From: Candidatus Aegiribacteria sp. | GTDB taxonomy: Bacteria > Fermentibacterota > Fermentibacteria > Fermentibacterales > JCC-6 | DNA length: 30,704 nucleotides | NCBI GenBank assembly: GCA_046498225.1 | Contig: JAWOBF010000092.1 | Coordinates: 1 to 30,704 of the forward strand | Direction: 5' to 3' | Notes under the pieces: generated by a model | What the model was told of the DNA's origin: nothing | The model's database searches: none | Seen by the model: only the letters and a program-made list of their open reading frames with translations | Part shown: one piece after another, positions 8,001 to 15,902 of the stretch | Layout: each line of letters opens with the position of its first letter | How positions within the stretch are numbered: position 1 is the first letter of the stretch | Made by a program: the position numbers and the translations under genes

Positions 8001-8889
8001 CGATACCCTGGAGGCCATGCTGCGAATGCTCAGACAGCTCATTGGAGAGGACATCGATCTTGTATGGTGCCCCGCCCGCAGTGTATGGCCGGTGATGATC
8101 GATCCCACGCAGGTGGACCAGATCCTGGCAAATCTCTGTGTCAACGCCAGGGACGCGATCCATGGAGTGGGGAAGGTGACCATCGAGACCGCCAATGTAA
8201 CCATGGATAAGGATCGCGCCGCAGACCACCAGGATGCCAGCCCGGGGAATTACGTGATGCTTTCGGTGGGAGACACCGGAAGGGGAATGAAACGCGAACT
8301 CATGCAGAACGTGTTCGAACCCTTCTACACTACGAAGGACACCGGTTCCGGCACCGGCCTCGGCCTGGCCACCGTCTACGGGATAGTCAGGCAGAACGAT
8401 GGTTTCATAGATGTCAGCAGCGAACCCGGCAGGGGAACCGTTTTCAGGATATACCTCCCCAGGTACGAAGGCAGCCCAGACGATATTTCACGGAGCGACG
8501 GGGAGGACATGATAACAGGAAAGGGAGAAATCCTGCTTCTGGTGGAAGACGAGCCGGCTATAAGGGACATGGGCGAGTTAATGCTGAGGAAGCTGGGTTA
8601 TGAGGTCATCTCCACAGGCACGCCGGATGAAACCATAGAAATGGTCCGGGAACATACCGGCAGGATCGATCTCCTGATAACGGACATCGTCATGCCCGGA
8701 ATGAACGGCCGGGAGCTGGCGGATCGCCTTCAGGAACTGTATCCGGAACTCAAACTGCTCTTCATGTCGGGCTATACCGCAGATGTAGTGGCTCATCACG
8801 GAGTGCTCGATGACGGATTGAACTTCATACAGAAACCATTCACGCTTCGCGAACTCTCCGCAAAGGTGCATTCCGCTCTGTACAGCTGA
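5080..8889 (+). CDS. Cytoplasmic multi-sensor hybrid histidine kinase: PAS - QQ-heptad coiled coil - GAF-like - PocR-like - 3xPAS - HisKA - HATPase - REC
   Basis: AAGGAGG and ATG 5080 overlapping the cheD stop (ATGA). H-box LAGGVAHDYNN, NLCVNARDA, DTGRGM, FEPFYTTK, GTGLGL; REC LLVEDE..LITDIVMP..MSGY..KPF. No transmembrane helix seen. Confidence 0.93.
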   Translation: MSSDMTASVIHDAPVMISTHDRDHNILWANGEFCRRAGLPLSELAGKKCYSIWKLDKPCAGCPEAATLKTGLTEEAELTPYNQDGWSEDQGSLYVRSAPLRDENGSVIGTVEVIYDITERICAREARNEAFRTLQAANQQLTAAEQQLKASNQQLRAAEQQLRASNRQLKATENNLKERIKELNCLFELSGILERTRVPVGDTLQATVNMIPPAVQYPEEARARITLNGECYTAGKFQETEHRISSPITVHGETAGSVEVSYIRELPFLKEESDLIENISLKLGIYIEQKDTLNRLHDIEWMLTGEVADEDIPDPEYGDLSRLNQDGVILNSVGREQLNDITSEYLGLLGTSAAIYERNGDYALGLFSSGWCRMMDAASRNLCGTSDNREALNSGKWLCHESCWQDASLRAIEEGGPVDIECSGGINLYAFPVRAGGRIVGAVNFGYGDPPSDGEKLQELSKEYRLPLEDLRRESEAYRSRPGFIVSYAKKRLQKAAGYLGYIIERKEAEEELERSRAMLARTERIARVGSWEWDVESDTVKWSEELYRIFGRDPSSGAPSFAEHPNIYSPEDMALLREAVNEALASGTPYELELHAIRPDGSGRLCRIRGHADKEPGRRASRLYGSFQDITEQREAEEALRSSEEKYRLLADNTVDCIWRLSLDGVFQYINPAVEDLLGYSPEEIIGTRLSDYCDEENFAVMAGEIAEALADPEEFERAPFTAEMVRRDGSVIQVEITGKVICSEAGDPIVLQGVTRDITERVTAEKEMARLMSAVEQAAEVFVITDTDGTILYVNPAFEEVTGYRREEAVGSNPRILKSGEHDEEFYRELWNTLTEGNTWTGRFVNRRKDGKLYTEEAVISPVRDPSGKITHYAAVKRDITEQLRVSAMLEHAQKMESVGRLAGGVAHDYNNMLSVIMGYTEMALNRTDPSSALHADLTEVLSAAKRSADITRQLLAFARKQTVEPKVLDINDTLEAMLRMLRQLIGEDIDLVWCPARSVWPVMIDPTQVDQILANLCVNARDAIHGVGKVTIETANVTMDKDRAADHQDASPGNYVMLSVGDTGRGMKRELMQNVFEPFYTTKDTGSGTGLGLATVYGIVRQNDGFIDVSSEPGRGTVFRIYLPRYEGSPDDISRSDGEDMITGKGEILLLVEDEPAIRDMGELMLRKLGYEVISTGTPDETIEMVREHTGRIDLLITDIVMPGMNGRELADRLQELYPELKLLFMSGYTADVVAHHGVLDDGLNFIQKPFTLRELSAKVHSALYS
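5479..5598 (+). repeat. In-frame 21-nt/7-aa tandem repeat encoding LQAANQQ-LTAAEQQ-LKASNQQ-LRAAEQQ-LRASNRQ-LKATE
   Basis: Read directly from the translation. Codons differ between units, so conservation appears to be at the protein level. Confidence 0.9.
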
Positions 8890-8954
8890 AAGCCATGTAT
8901 CCTTGAGAGATTGAATCCGCGCTGGCGGTAGGGTCAGCGGTCACGCCCCCCCGT

Positions 8955-11435
8955 CTACCGGGAGTTCAGCGCGTTCCTGACGGCTTCAGAGAGGGATCTC
9001 ATGGAGAACGGTTTCTGAAGGAAGCTCCCCTTCGGGGCTGCCCCGGAGGAAGGAATGACGTCGCTGGAATACCCCGACATGTAGATAATGGCCGTCTCGG
9101 GATGAATGGTCCGGAAATGTCCGGCGAAATCCTCACCGGTCATGCCGGGCATACCCTTGTCCGTGATAAGTACGGATATTTGAGCGGAATGGTCTTCCGC
9201 GGTTCGAAGTCCCTCTTCAGGAGATATCGCCGTTATGACACTGTATCCCAGCATCTGAAGCATTCCGGACGCAACTCCCAGAATTGAGCTGTCATCATCG
9301 ACAACCATTACGGTATCTTCGTCCGCAGGACTCTGCGGGTCAGGCTCCCGGTCCGATTCGTTATCCGCATGCCGGTCCTCACAGCAGGGGATGTATATCC
9401 TGAACTCGCTTCCTTCACCCGGAGTGCTGGATACTTCGATGAAACCTCCGTTCTGCTTCACCGAGCCGAACACGCTGGCGAGCCCGAGTCCCGTTCCCCT
9501 CCCCACATCCTTCGTAGTGTAGAACGGATCGAAGATGGAATTCATCGTCCGGCTGTCCATCCCCTTTCCCGTGTCGCTTACCAGTATCCGGGCGTATCTG
9601 CCCGGCCCTTTCTCCAGAAGTTCATGATCCCCCTCGGCCACCGTTACTTCCGAAGTTTGAATTGTTACCGTTCCGCTCCCTTCGATTGCGTCCCTGGCGT
9701 TCACCACCAGGTTCACCAGTATCTGGCTGACCTGGACAGGGTCCATCAGTACGCGGCAGATGTGCACTTCGGGAATAAACCGGAGTTTGACGTGCTCTCC
9801 CAGCAGCTGTCTGAGCATATTGAGCATGTTCTCCACCGTACCGTTCAGGTCGATGGGCCTGGGGTTGATGTCCTGCTTGCGCGCGAAGGCCAGAAGCTGG
9901 CCGGTGAGTTCAGCCGAATGCAGCGCGGCTTTCCTTATCTCCACGAGGCTCTTGTGCAGGTCGCTCCCGGCGGAGCAGTCATGCAGCGACATCTCGGTGT
10001 AGCCCAGGATGGCCTGAAGCGCGTTGTTGAAGTCGTGTGCCACTCCGCCTGCCAGCCGTCCGAGGGATTTCAGCTTCTCCGCCTGAAAAAGCTGATTCTG
10101 CAGTTTTTCGTTCTCCATCTGAGCCTGCTTGAAGGGAGTTATGTCCACCGCCGTGCCCGCCGCGAAAAGGGGACTCCCCTCATCGTCCCTTATCAGAATG
10201 CCGTTGGTGAGGGTGGTGAACAGAGAACCATCCTTTTTCAGGTGGACGGCTTCCGTGGACTGGAACCCGTTCTGTTCCTCGAGAATTTTTTTGAATTCCC
10301 TCAGTACAGCTCCCTCCGGCCCGGGCAGCACCATTCCGATATGCCTTCCGGTAAGTTCTCCCGCGCTGTAGCCGTACATTTTTTCGAAGGCTCGGTTCAT
10401 ATATGTGAAATTGCCTTCGAGGTCACATATGTAGGCGCCGAAATTCGCTTCGTCGAAAACGGTCTTGAATCGTCTCACATCGCGATTGGCCTTCGCAAGC
10501 CCCGCGGTCCTGGCCCTTACCTGCCATTTCAGGATGAATGCAGCCGCTCCAGCTACGATCAGGAGGGCCAGGGCGGCGTAGAGTATCCACTTCAGGTGAG
10601 CGGGAATGAACGGAACCTTTTCAGGCGTGTACAGCTCGCCCAGCAATCTGTAATAGGGTGAATCGATATCCCCCCTCCAGGCGCTCAACCTGTTCTCGAT
10701 GGCAGCGAGAAGGTCCTGGTTGCGGCCCGTGGCTACCGCGTAGTGAAGGGTAACAGGGTCGAAGATGACCGGGGTCTTCACGAGGCCGTAGTCGCGGTAG
10801 AAAGTATCTCCGAAGAAATGGTTAGCGACGCAGGCTTCGGTCTCGCCATCCCGGGTCAATCTGAAAGCTTCTTCGTATGAATCGACGGGAATTATCTCGA
10901 CTGCGCAGTCCATTGCCTTGGCCAGGCGCCGGAAAGTACTCTCCTGGATCGAGCCTTCCAGAACGGCTATCCTTTTTCCGTGAAGGTCGGCCAGGGAGCC
11001 GATGCTGGATGCCGTGTAGACCTGCGACCAGCTCTCGGCGGCCGGTGTGGGATGAAAATCGAGGTACTGGCTTCTCTCCCCGGAGAAGGCCACATCCGGA
11101 AGAATGTCGATCCTGCCCATGGTGAGAGAGTCCATTAGGCGGGGCCATTCCCCGGGAACCCAGTCCAGGCTCCAGTCCTCCTCATCAGCGACCGCTTCCA
11201 GGAGCTCCACCATGAACCCGGACGGCTCGCCCTCTTCGCTGAGGTGAATCTTGGGTTCGTTCTGATAGATACCGACTCGAACAATCCGGGATCCTGCGAA
11301 AAGACTACCGGCTGAAAGCGGGATTACCAGGAGCAGCAGAAACACCAGAATGCCCCGCTTCCCGATGAATGCGGGCAGTGATGATGAGTCCTGGTCTGAC
11401 CTCGAAGATACCGCTGTTCCCGATAGACAAGTCAT
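8955..11435 (-). CDS. Membrane hybrid histidine kinase: periplasmic family-3 solute-binding domain - TM - PAS - HisKA - HATPase - REC
   Basis: VRVGIYQNEP..GFMVELLEAVA..GRIDIL..DLHGKRIAV (SBP family 3); TM WILYAALALLIVAGAAAFIL; LAGGVAHDFNN; GTGLGL; REC VVDDD..ITDKGMP..KPF. Confidence 0.92.
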   Translation of the reverse strand: MTCLSGTAVSSRSDQDSSSLPAFIGKRGILVFLLLLVIPLSAGSLFAGSRIVRVGIYQNEPKIHLSEEGEPSGFMVELLEAVADEEDWSLDWVPGEWPRLMDSLTMGRIDILPDVAFSGERSQYLDFHPTPAAESWSQVYTASSIGSLADLHGKRIAVLEGSIQESTFRRLAKAMDCAVEIIPVDSYEEAFRLTRDGETEACVANHFFGDTFYRDYGLVKTPVIFDPVTLHYAVATGRNQDLLAAIENRLSAWRGDIDSPYYRLLGELYTPEKVPFIPAHLKWILYAALALLIVAGAAAFILKWQVRARTAGLAKANRDVRRFKTVFDEANFGAYICDLEGNFTYMNRAFEKMYGYSAGELTGRHIGMVLPGPEGAVLREFKKILEEQNGFQSTEAVHLKKDGSLFTTLTNGILIRDDEGSPLFAAGTAVDITPFKQAQMENEKLQNQLFQAEKLKSLGRLAGGVAHDFNNALQAILGYTEMSLHDCSAGSDLHKSLVEIRKAALHSAELTGQLLAFARKQDINPRPIDLNGTVENMLNMLRQLLGEHVKLRFIPEVHICRVLMDPVQVSQILVNLVVNARDAIEGSGTVTIQTSEVTVAEGDHELLEKGPGRYARILVSDTGKGMDSRTMNSIFDPFYTTKDVGRGTGLGLASVFGSVKQNGGFIEVSSTPGEGSEFRIYIPCCEDRHADNESDREPDPQSPADEDTVMVVDDDSSILGVASGMLQMLGYSVITAISPEEGLRTAEDHSAQISVLITDKGMPGMTGEDFAGHFRTIHPETAIIYMSGYSSDVIPSSGAAPKGSFLQKPFSMRSLSEAVRNALNSR

Positions 11436-11471
11436 TTTCCCTCACTGTGCTTCCGACTCCCCATTTTACTG

Positions 11472-11500
11472 ATAATATCTTATGCATATTTCCCTGTCAA
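11472..11500 (-). promoter_or_regulatory. Putative sigma70 promoter for the second kinase
   Basis: TTGACA-N17-TATTAT on the minus strand. Confidence 0.65.
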
Positions 11501-11569
11501 AAACTGAATGGAACGCACTCCTGGCTCCGGCTGCATACGGCACCTCTGCCCGGGGGGGGATATTCGTAC

Positions 11570-11598
11570 TTGAAAACGAAATAGCGCTGATATATGTT
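11570..11598 (+). promoter_or_regulatory. Putative sigma70 promoter for the Asp-box protein
   Basis: TTGAAA-N17-TATGTT. Confidence 0.5.
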
Positions 11599-11668
11599 CA
11601 CAGCTCAGGCGATAGTGCCTGATAAGGGGCGCTGGACCGCACAGTCCAGCAGAAAGAGAGGGATATTC

Positions 11669-13345
11669 ATGAAACCAATACTGACAGCTCTTCTTGCGAC
11701 CGGCCTACTGTTCGGTACGGTCTACGAAGGCACAACCGAAGATCTCGGGATCGAGATTCCAGAGGGCCCGATCGCGGAATCAAGCGAGCTCCTGGACAAC
11801 CCTGAGGGTACCATTGCCACCGTATCCGGCGGCACCGTGATAGAGACAATGTCCGACGAGGACCCGGGTTCCCCCTGGATACCCCCGGTGGAGAGGGCGC
11901 TTGCCGGAAGGGACGAGGGAGACCCTTCATGGCCTGGATTCGACTGGGCTGACGATGTGATTGTCTTTCCCGGGGAAACGGGAACCGGGCAGGATTTCGA
12001 TATCGACGAGAACACCGGTGATCTCTACGCCATGCTGGATACCTACCATGCCACCAACGACAGCATTATAGTCTACCGGTCGCAGGACGGGGGAGAGACC
12101 TGGGACTTCTGGAGGGCCACCTACAGCTCCACCGGTGCGGTATCCAATCCCAAGATACGGGTAGCCATCGATTCCGGCGGACAGACCTGGGTCTGCATGA
12201 TGTACATCAGCAACATGGGTCTCAGGATTCGCAGGATGACGCCGGACCAGTCCGAATCCATGTACGAGGGCATAACTTCCGATCCGGTGAGTTTCGCCGA
12301 CCTGGATGCCGATATTGGCAGCGGGGCCTGGCTGTACGCCACCTACGTTCCCGGAGGCACCAATAATGTCCGGGCTGCCAGGAACGCCCTTGACGGAAGC
12401 GGGTGGGTCAGCGACCAGCAGCTTTTCTTCGATACCGAGGTTACGGGATATCCGGCCATAGCGGCCGGCATCAATGGTACCGTGGGAGTGGCGTTCGCCG
12501 ACGACCGCCTCACGGCCACGCCCCAGGTCCGAATAAAGAGAAGCACCGATTACGGCTTGAACTGGGCGGGCTCCCAGCAGGTAAGCAACACCGCGGCCCC
12601 GGGTCTGCACAATCCGGACATCGCGTTCAGCCGAAGCAGCCCGCAGGAAGGATGGATAATCACAACCTACGAGTTTGCCGACTACGATAACCTCGGCTTC
12701 TACTACAGCACCAACAGCGGAGACAGCTGGACCTACGGGGATATCTTCTATCCGGCCGACGATGACCAGAACATGGGTTCGCTGAGAAGCAGTAAATCAA
12801 CAGGTTCGGTCACGCTTTCCTACAACTCGGACCCGGGGGACTCGGTCATGTTCGCATGGGCAGCCTACTACGATCCTTCCTCCTTCAGCGACCCCGACAG
12901 GATCAACGATTTCCCAGTCACCGGTCTCTGGCCGTCCTGCGCGGGATGGATGTCAACAGGCGGATTGTATTCCGCGGTGATATACACCGATTACTCGAAC
13001 AACTACAGGGTGATGTACGACTGGTTCTCCAACTCCACCGGCATCGACGGTGACTGTGCATACGCCGGTCCCGCTGCGCTGAGCAGTTCTCCCAACCCCT
13101 TCAGCGCCGGAACCGCCATCAGCTTCACCCTCACTCAGAGCGCTCCGGTGAACATTTCCATCTACAACACGGCCGGGCGGCTGGTCCGGACCCTGGCCGA
13201 TGGGCAGACCTTCTCCGAGGGCGAGAACTCTGTTCAGTGGGACGGCCGGACAGCCGGCGGGACCATTGCCTCGCCGGGAGTGTACTTCTGCCGCCTGACG
13301 GCAGGCGACGCGTCCATCACCGGCAGGATGCTGATGATAAGGTAA
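11669..13345 (+). CDS. Secreted BNR/Asp-box beta-propeller protein with C-terminal FlgD-Ig/T9SS type-A-like domain
   Basis: Signal peptide MKPILTALLATGLLFG; Asp-boxes YRSQDGGETW, KRSTDYGLNW, YYSTNSGDSW; C-terminus PNPF..IYNTAGRLVRTL..WDG..PGVYFCRL. Confidence 0.85.
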   Translation: MKPILTALLATGLLFGTVYEGTTEDLGIEIPEGPIAESSELLDNPEGTIATVSGGTVIETMSDEDPGSPWIPPVERALAGRDEGDPSWPGFDWADDVIVFPGETGTGQDFDIDENTGDLYAMLDTYHATNDSIIVYRSQDGGETWDFWRATYSSTGAVSNPKIRVAIDSGGQTWVCMMYISNMGLRIRRMTPDQSESMYEGITSDPVSFADLDADIGSGAWLYATYVPGGTNNVRAARNALDGSGWVSDQQLFFDTEVTGYPAIAAGINGTVGVAFADDRLTATPQVRIKRSTDYGLNWAGSQQVSNTAAPGLHNPDIAFSRSSPQEGWIITTYEFADYDNLGFYYSTNSGDSWTYGDIFYPADDDQNMGSLRSSKSTGSVTLSYNSDPGDSVMFAWAAYYDPSSFSDPDRINDFPVTGLWPSCAGWMSTGGLYSAVIYTDYSNNYRVMYDWFSNSTGIDGDCAYAGPAALSSSPNPFSAGTAISFTLTQSAPVNISIYNTAGRLVRTLADGQTFSEGENSVQWDGRTAGGTIASPGVYFCRLTAGDASITGRMLMIR

Positions 13346-13370
13346 GGCCCCGGACCTGAAAGAAACAGTT

Positions 13371-13395
13371 AGCCGCCCGCTCCGTGCGGGCGGCT
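13371..13395. terminator. GC-rich hairpin, probable terminator between convergent genes
   Basis: AGCCGCCCGC-TCCGT-GCGGGCGGCT perfect 10-bp stem 25 nt after the stop; T-tails short. Confidence 0.6.
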
Positions 13396-13463
13396 TCGTG
13401 CAGCGTGAGCATTCTCATGCCACTGCACTAATCAAGCGAAGAAACTAACGGAGGGTGACAGGA

Positions 13464-14336
13464 TCAGTTCTCCACGGCCGCGAATCCTTCGGCGAGCCGT
13501 GTCCATTCCCCGTAGACCGAAAGGTGCAGGACGCCATGGGGGTCGAGACACATGATGCTCATATCGTCCTCGGCCAGGTAGACCTTCGATAACTTCCAGG
13601 GTCCCTCTCCGGGGCAGGGGGGATGGTCGGAGGGGACGCAGTCTCCGGTCTGGTCACTGTGGTACAGGTTGCCTGCCCCATCAACCCCGATAAGCGATAT
13701 CAAACCTGTATCGGCGTTCACGATGGCCTCCACGCGCCGGATGTCCAAATTGCTTTCCGGCATATCCGCCGCCTGCCATTCCTCATTGATATAGAGGTGG
13801 AAACGGCCGTCGGAACCGAGGATCATGGGGATCAGTGTTTCGCTCTCATCGAGGTAGTAGACATCCATATCCCTGACCGGCATGCGGGGGAAGGTATCAA
13901 AGGGCGTTATATACGTTTCAGCCTCCGTGGAATGCAGGTATATGACGCCGGATGCATCCAGGACCATTGTGCTGAAGGAATCCTCCGTGAATTTGAAGAT
14001 GCTCCCCAGACAGGGTTCCACGTACGCTTCCTCGGCGTTATCGATGACCGTCCATACCGAACCGTCCGTCTGGAATAGATTGCCGCCGGAGTCGAAAACG
14101 AAGATGAAGACGACCTCATCCATACCTTCGCTCCTCAGCAGCTGCAGACGGAAGGGTCCCCGGCCGGGGCACGGATCGCCAAGCGTCACCCAGCCGTCGT
14201 CCGTCAGTTCGTATAGATTCCCGCTGTCATCGATGCTCATCAGCATGTCGCTGGAGCCCTCCTGATGCACGGCCATATCGGGCAGTGCCGTGGCGGCGGC
14301 TACGGACAGCAGCAGTGACAACATTGTGCATTTCAT
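13464..14336 (-). CDS. Secreted repeat protein, probable six-bladed beta-propeller
   Basis: Signal peptide MKCTMLSLLLSVAAATA; six hhDxxGxhh motifs about 45 aa apart. The ORF-track extension to 14843 overlaps the opposite gene and is discounted. Confidence 0.75.
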   Translation of the reverse strand: MKCTMLSLLLSVAAATALPDMAVHQEGSSDMLMSIDDSGNLYELTDDGWVTLGDPCPGRGPFRLQLLRSEGMDEVVFIFVFDSGGNLFQTDGSVWTVIDNAEEAYVEPCLGSIFKFTEDSFSTMVLDASGVIYLHSTEAETYITPFDTFPRMPVRDMDVYYLDESETLIPMILGSDGRFHLYINEEWQAADMPESNLDIRRVEAIVNADTGLISLIGVDGAGNLYHSDQTGDCVPSDHPPCPGEGPWKLSKVYLAEDDMSIMCLDPHGVLHLSVYGEWTRLAEGFAAVEN

Positions 14337-14475
14337 TGCTTCAACCCCATTCCGGCTGTGCTGTGGAAGAACTCGATCGTCCCTGTTCCGCCTTTTAGTA
14401 TAACCTCCGCCCGCCCGCGGGGGGAGATGGACTTCCTCGGCGGCCGGAAGAAAAAGACGAGGCGGGAACAAGTTC

Positions 14476-14504
14476 TTGTCTCGAAAACGAACGCTGCCTA
14501 TAAT
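14476..14504 (+). promoter_or_regulatory. Putative sigma70 promoter for the YD-like lipoprotein operon
   Basis: TTGTCT-N17-TATAAT. Confidence 0.6.
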
Positions 14505-14556
14505 GAAGATGATGACTTTTGGAATATCGATAAGCCTGAACCGGAGAATTATTGCC

Positions 14557-15888
14557 ATGAAAAGGATATTTCTGTTCCTCGCGGCTCTATGCGTCGCCGC
14601 CTCGTGCGGCTCCGACCCCGGCGGGGATACTGTCGAAACCTCGAGAAGCCGTTTCGTTCCGCCGGACGACCCCGGCGTGGAGATGTACAGGTCCGCCAGG
14701 TTCACTCCGGACTGGCGCCTGCGGCCGATGAACCCGGTGGACTGGGAAACGGCCCTTGGAATTCCCGCGGTCGGCGTTACCAGGGATGAGGAAGGCAGGG
14801 TTACCGAGGCGGCCGGTTTCTGGAGGGGGAGGAGGAGCGACAATGTGGCCGTGGCGGAGCATCCGCCCCTGCTCAGGTTTGCCTATGACGGCAATATCGA
14901 GACCATAACCTTTCATTACGCTGACGGGACCCCCTTCTCCATGCAGGGCATTCGGGGATACAGCGTAACCCGGGACCCGGAAATCGAAACAACCGTGCTT
15001 ACCTTCCTGGGAGAGGGGCAGGAGCCCGTCCCCATGGACGAGGGGGTGTGGAGCATCAGCTTCGAGCCCGACAGCGGGAACTGGTACAGCCGAGTGCTGC
15101 GCGACTCCTCCGGTGAACCGGCGCGGGGACCGGAGATATTCACCAACCGTTACCTTCTGGATGATGATGACAATCCCCTCGCCCTGGAGATGAGAGACCC
15201 CGGCGGCGACATGGTTCCGCTGGGAGGAAATGTCTTCCGCCTCGAGATGTCCTACGACGGCAGCGGGAACATCATCGAGAGAAAAAGGCTGGATCTGCAG
15301 GGCATTCCCGTTGTAGACCCCGCCTACCCCGGATGGCAGACCTACGAGATATCGGACGACGGCCTCACGCTGGGCTACACCATGCTGGGCCCCGACGGTG
15401 ATCCGGCCGAGAACAGACAGGGGGCCCACAGCGGCGAATTCACCTACGACAGGTACGGCAGGATACTGGAAATGAAAAGCTTCGACGCCGAAGGCGAACC
15501 CGTGGCTCCGGGAGGTGTGTGGAACACCAGAAGGGAGTACGACGACACCATGCTCAGGACCGCGGTCACCAGGCTGGACCCCCTGGGAGAGCCGGTCGAG
15601 GTGGCTGGAGTCGCCAGGACCGTGATGTTCCACGATTCTCTTGGCAGCGTCACGGAGATAAGCTACTGGGACTCGGAGGGCGAACCGGCCAGGGATCCCG
15701 TCGGCGTACACAGGTACACATACACCTACGGTGACCACGCAAGGAGAATGGAACTGCGGATATGGGAGCCCACGGGAGAACCGGGGACCTCATCCCGCGG
15801 CTATCACATCGAGCGGTTCATATACGACGGCAACGGCAATCCGATAGCCGCCGAACGCCTGGACCTGGACGGGGAACCGGTCAGGTAG
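14557..15888 (+). CDS. Lipoprotein with ~30-aa YD/RHS-like beta-hairpin repeats
   Basis: GGAG then ATG 14557; lipobox AAS-C; repeats YDGSGNIIE..DLQG.P, YDRYGRILE..DAEGEP, HDSLGSVTE..DSEGEP, YDGNGNPI..DLDGEP. Confidence 0.8.
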   Translation: MKRIFLFLAALCVAASCGSDPGGDTVETSRSRFVPPDDPGVEMYRSARFTPDWRLRPMNPVDWETALGIPAVGVTRDEEGRVTEAAGFWRGRRSDNVAVAEHPPLLRFAYDGNIETITFHYADGTPFSMQGIRGYSVTRDPEIETTVLTFLGEGQEPVPMDEGVWSISFEPDSGNWYSRVLRDSSGEPARGPEIFTNRYLLDDDDNPLALEMRDPGGDMVPLGGNVFRLEMSYDGSGNIIERKRLDLQGIPVVDPAYPGWQTYEISDDGLTLGYTMLGPDGDPAENRQGAHSGEFTYDRYGRILEMKSFDAEGEPVAPGGVWNTRREYDDTMLRTAVTRLDPLGEPVEVAGVARTVMFHDSLGSVTEISYWDSEGEPARDPVGVHRYTYTYGDHARRMELRIWEPTGEPGTSSRGYHIERFIYDGNGNPIAAERLDLDGEPVR

Positions 15889-15902
15889 GAAAGGGGACCT
15901 GC

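Noticed and set aside
4496..8889. Chemotaxis operon
   Set aside because: Only cheD is present; the partner is a HisKA-type hybrid kinase, not CheA or an MCP
9369..10661. Long alternative ORFs (9369-10661, 4711-5805, 14587-15738, 19029-19979, 21788-23422, 25133-26005, 26163-27149 and similar)
   Set aside because: Antisense or off-frame shadows of well-supported genes, expected in GC-rich DNA, with no recognisable motifs
11669..13345. Sialidase call for the Asp-box protein
   Set aside because: Asp-boxes are present but no (F/Y)RIP motif or evident Arg triad was seen
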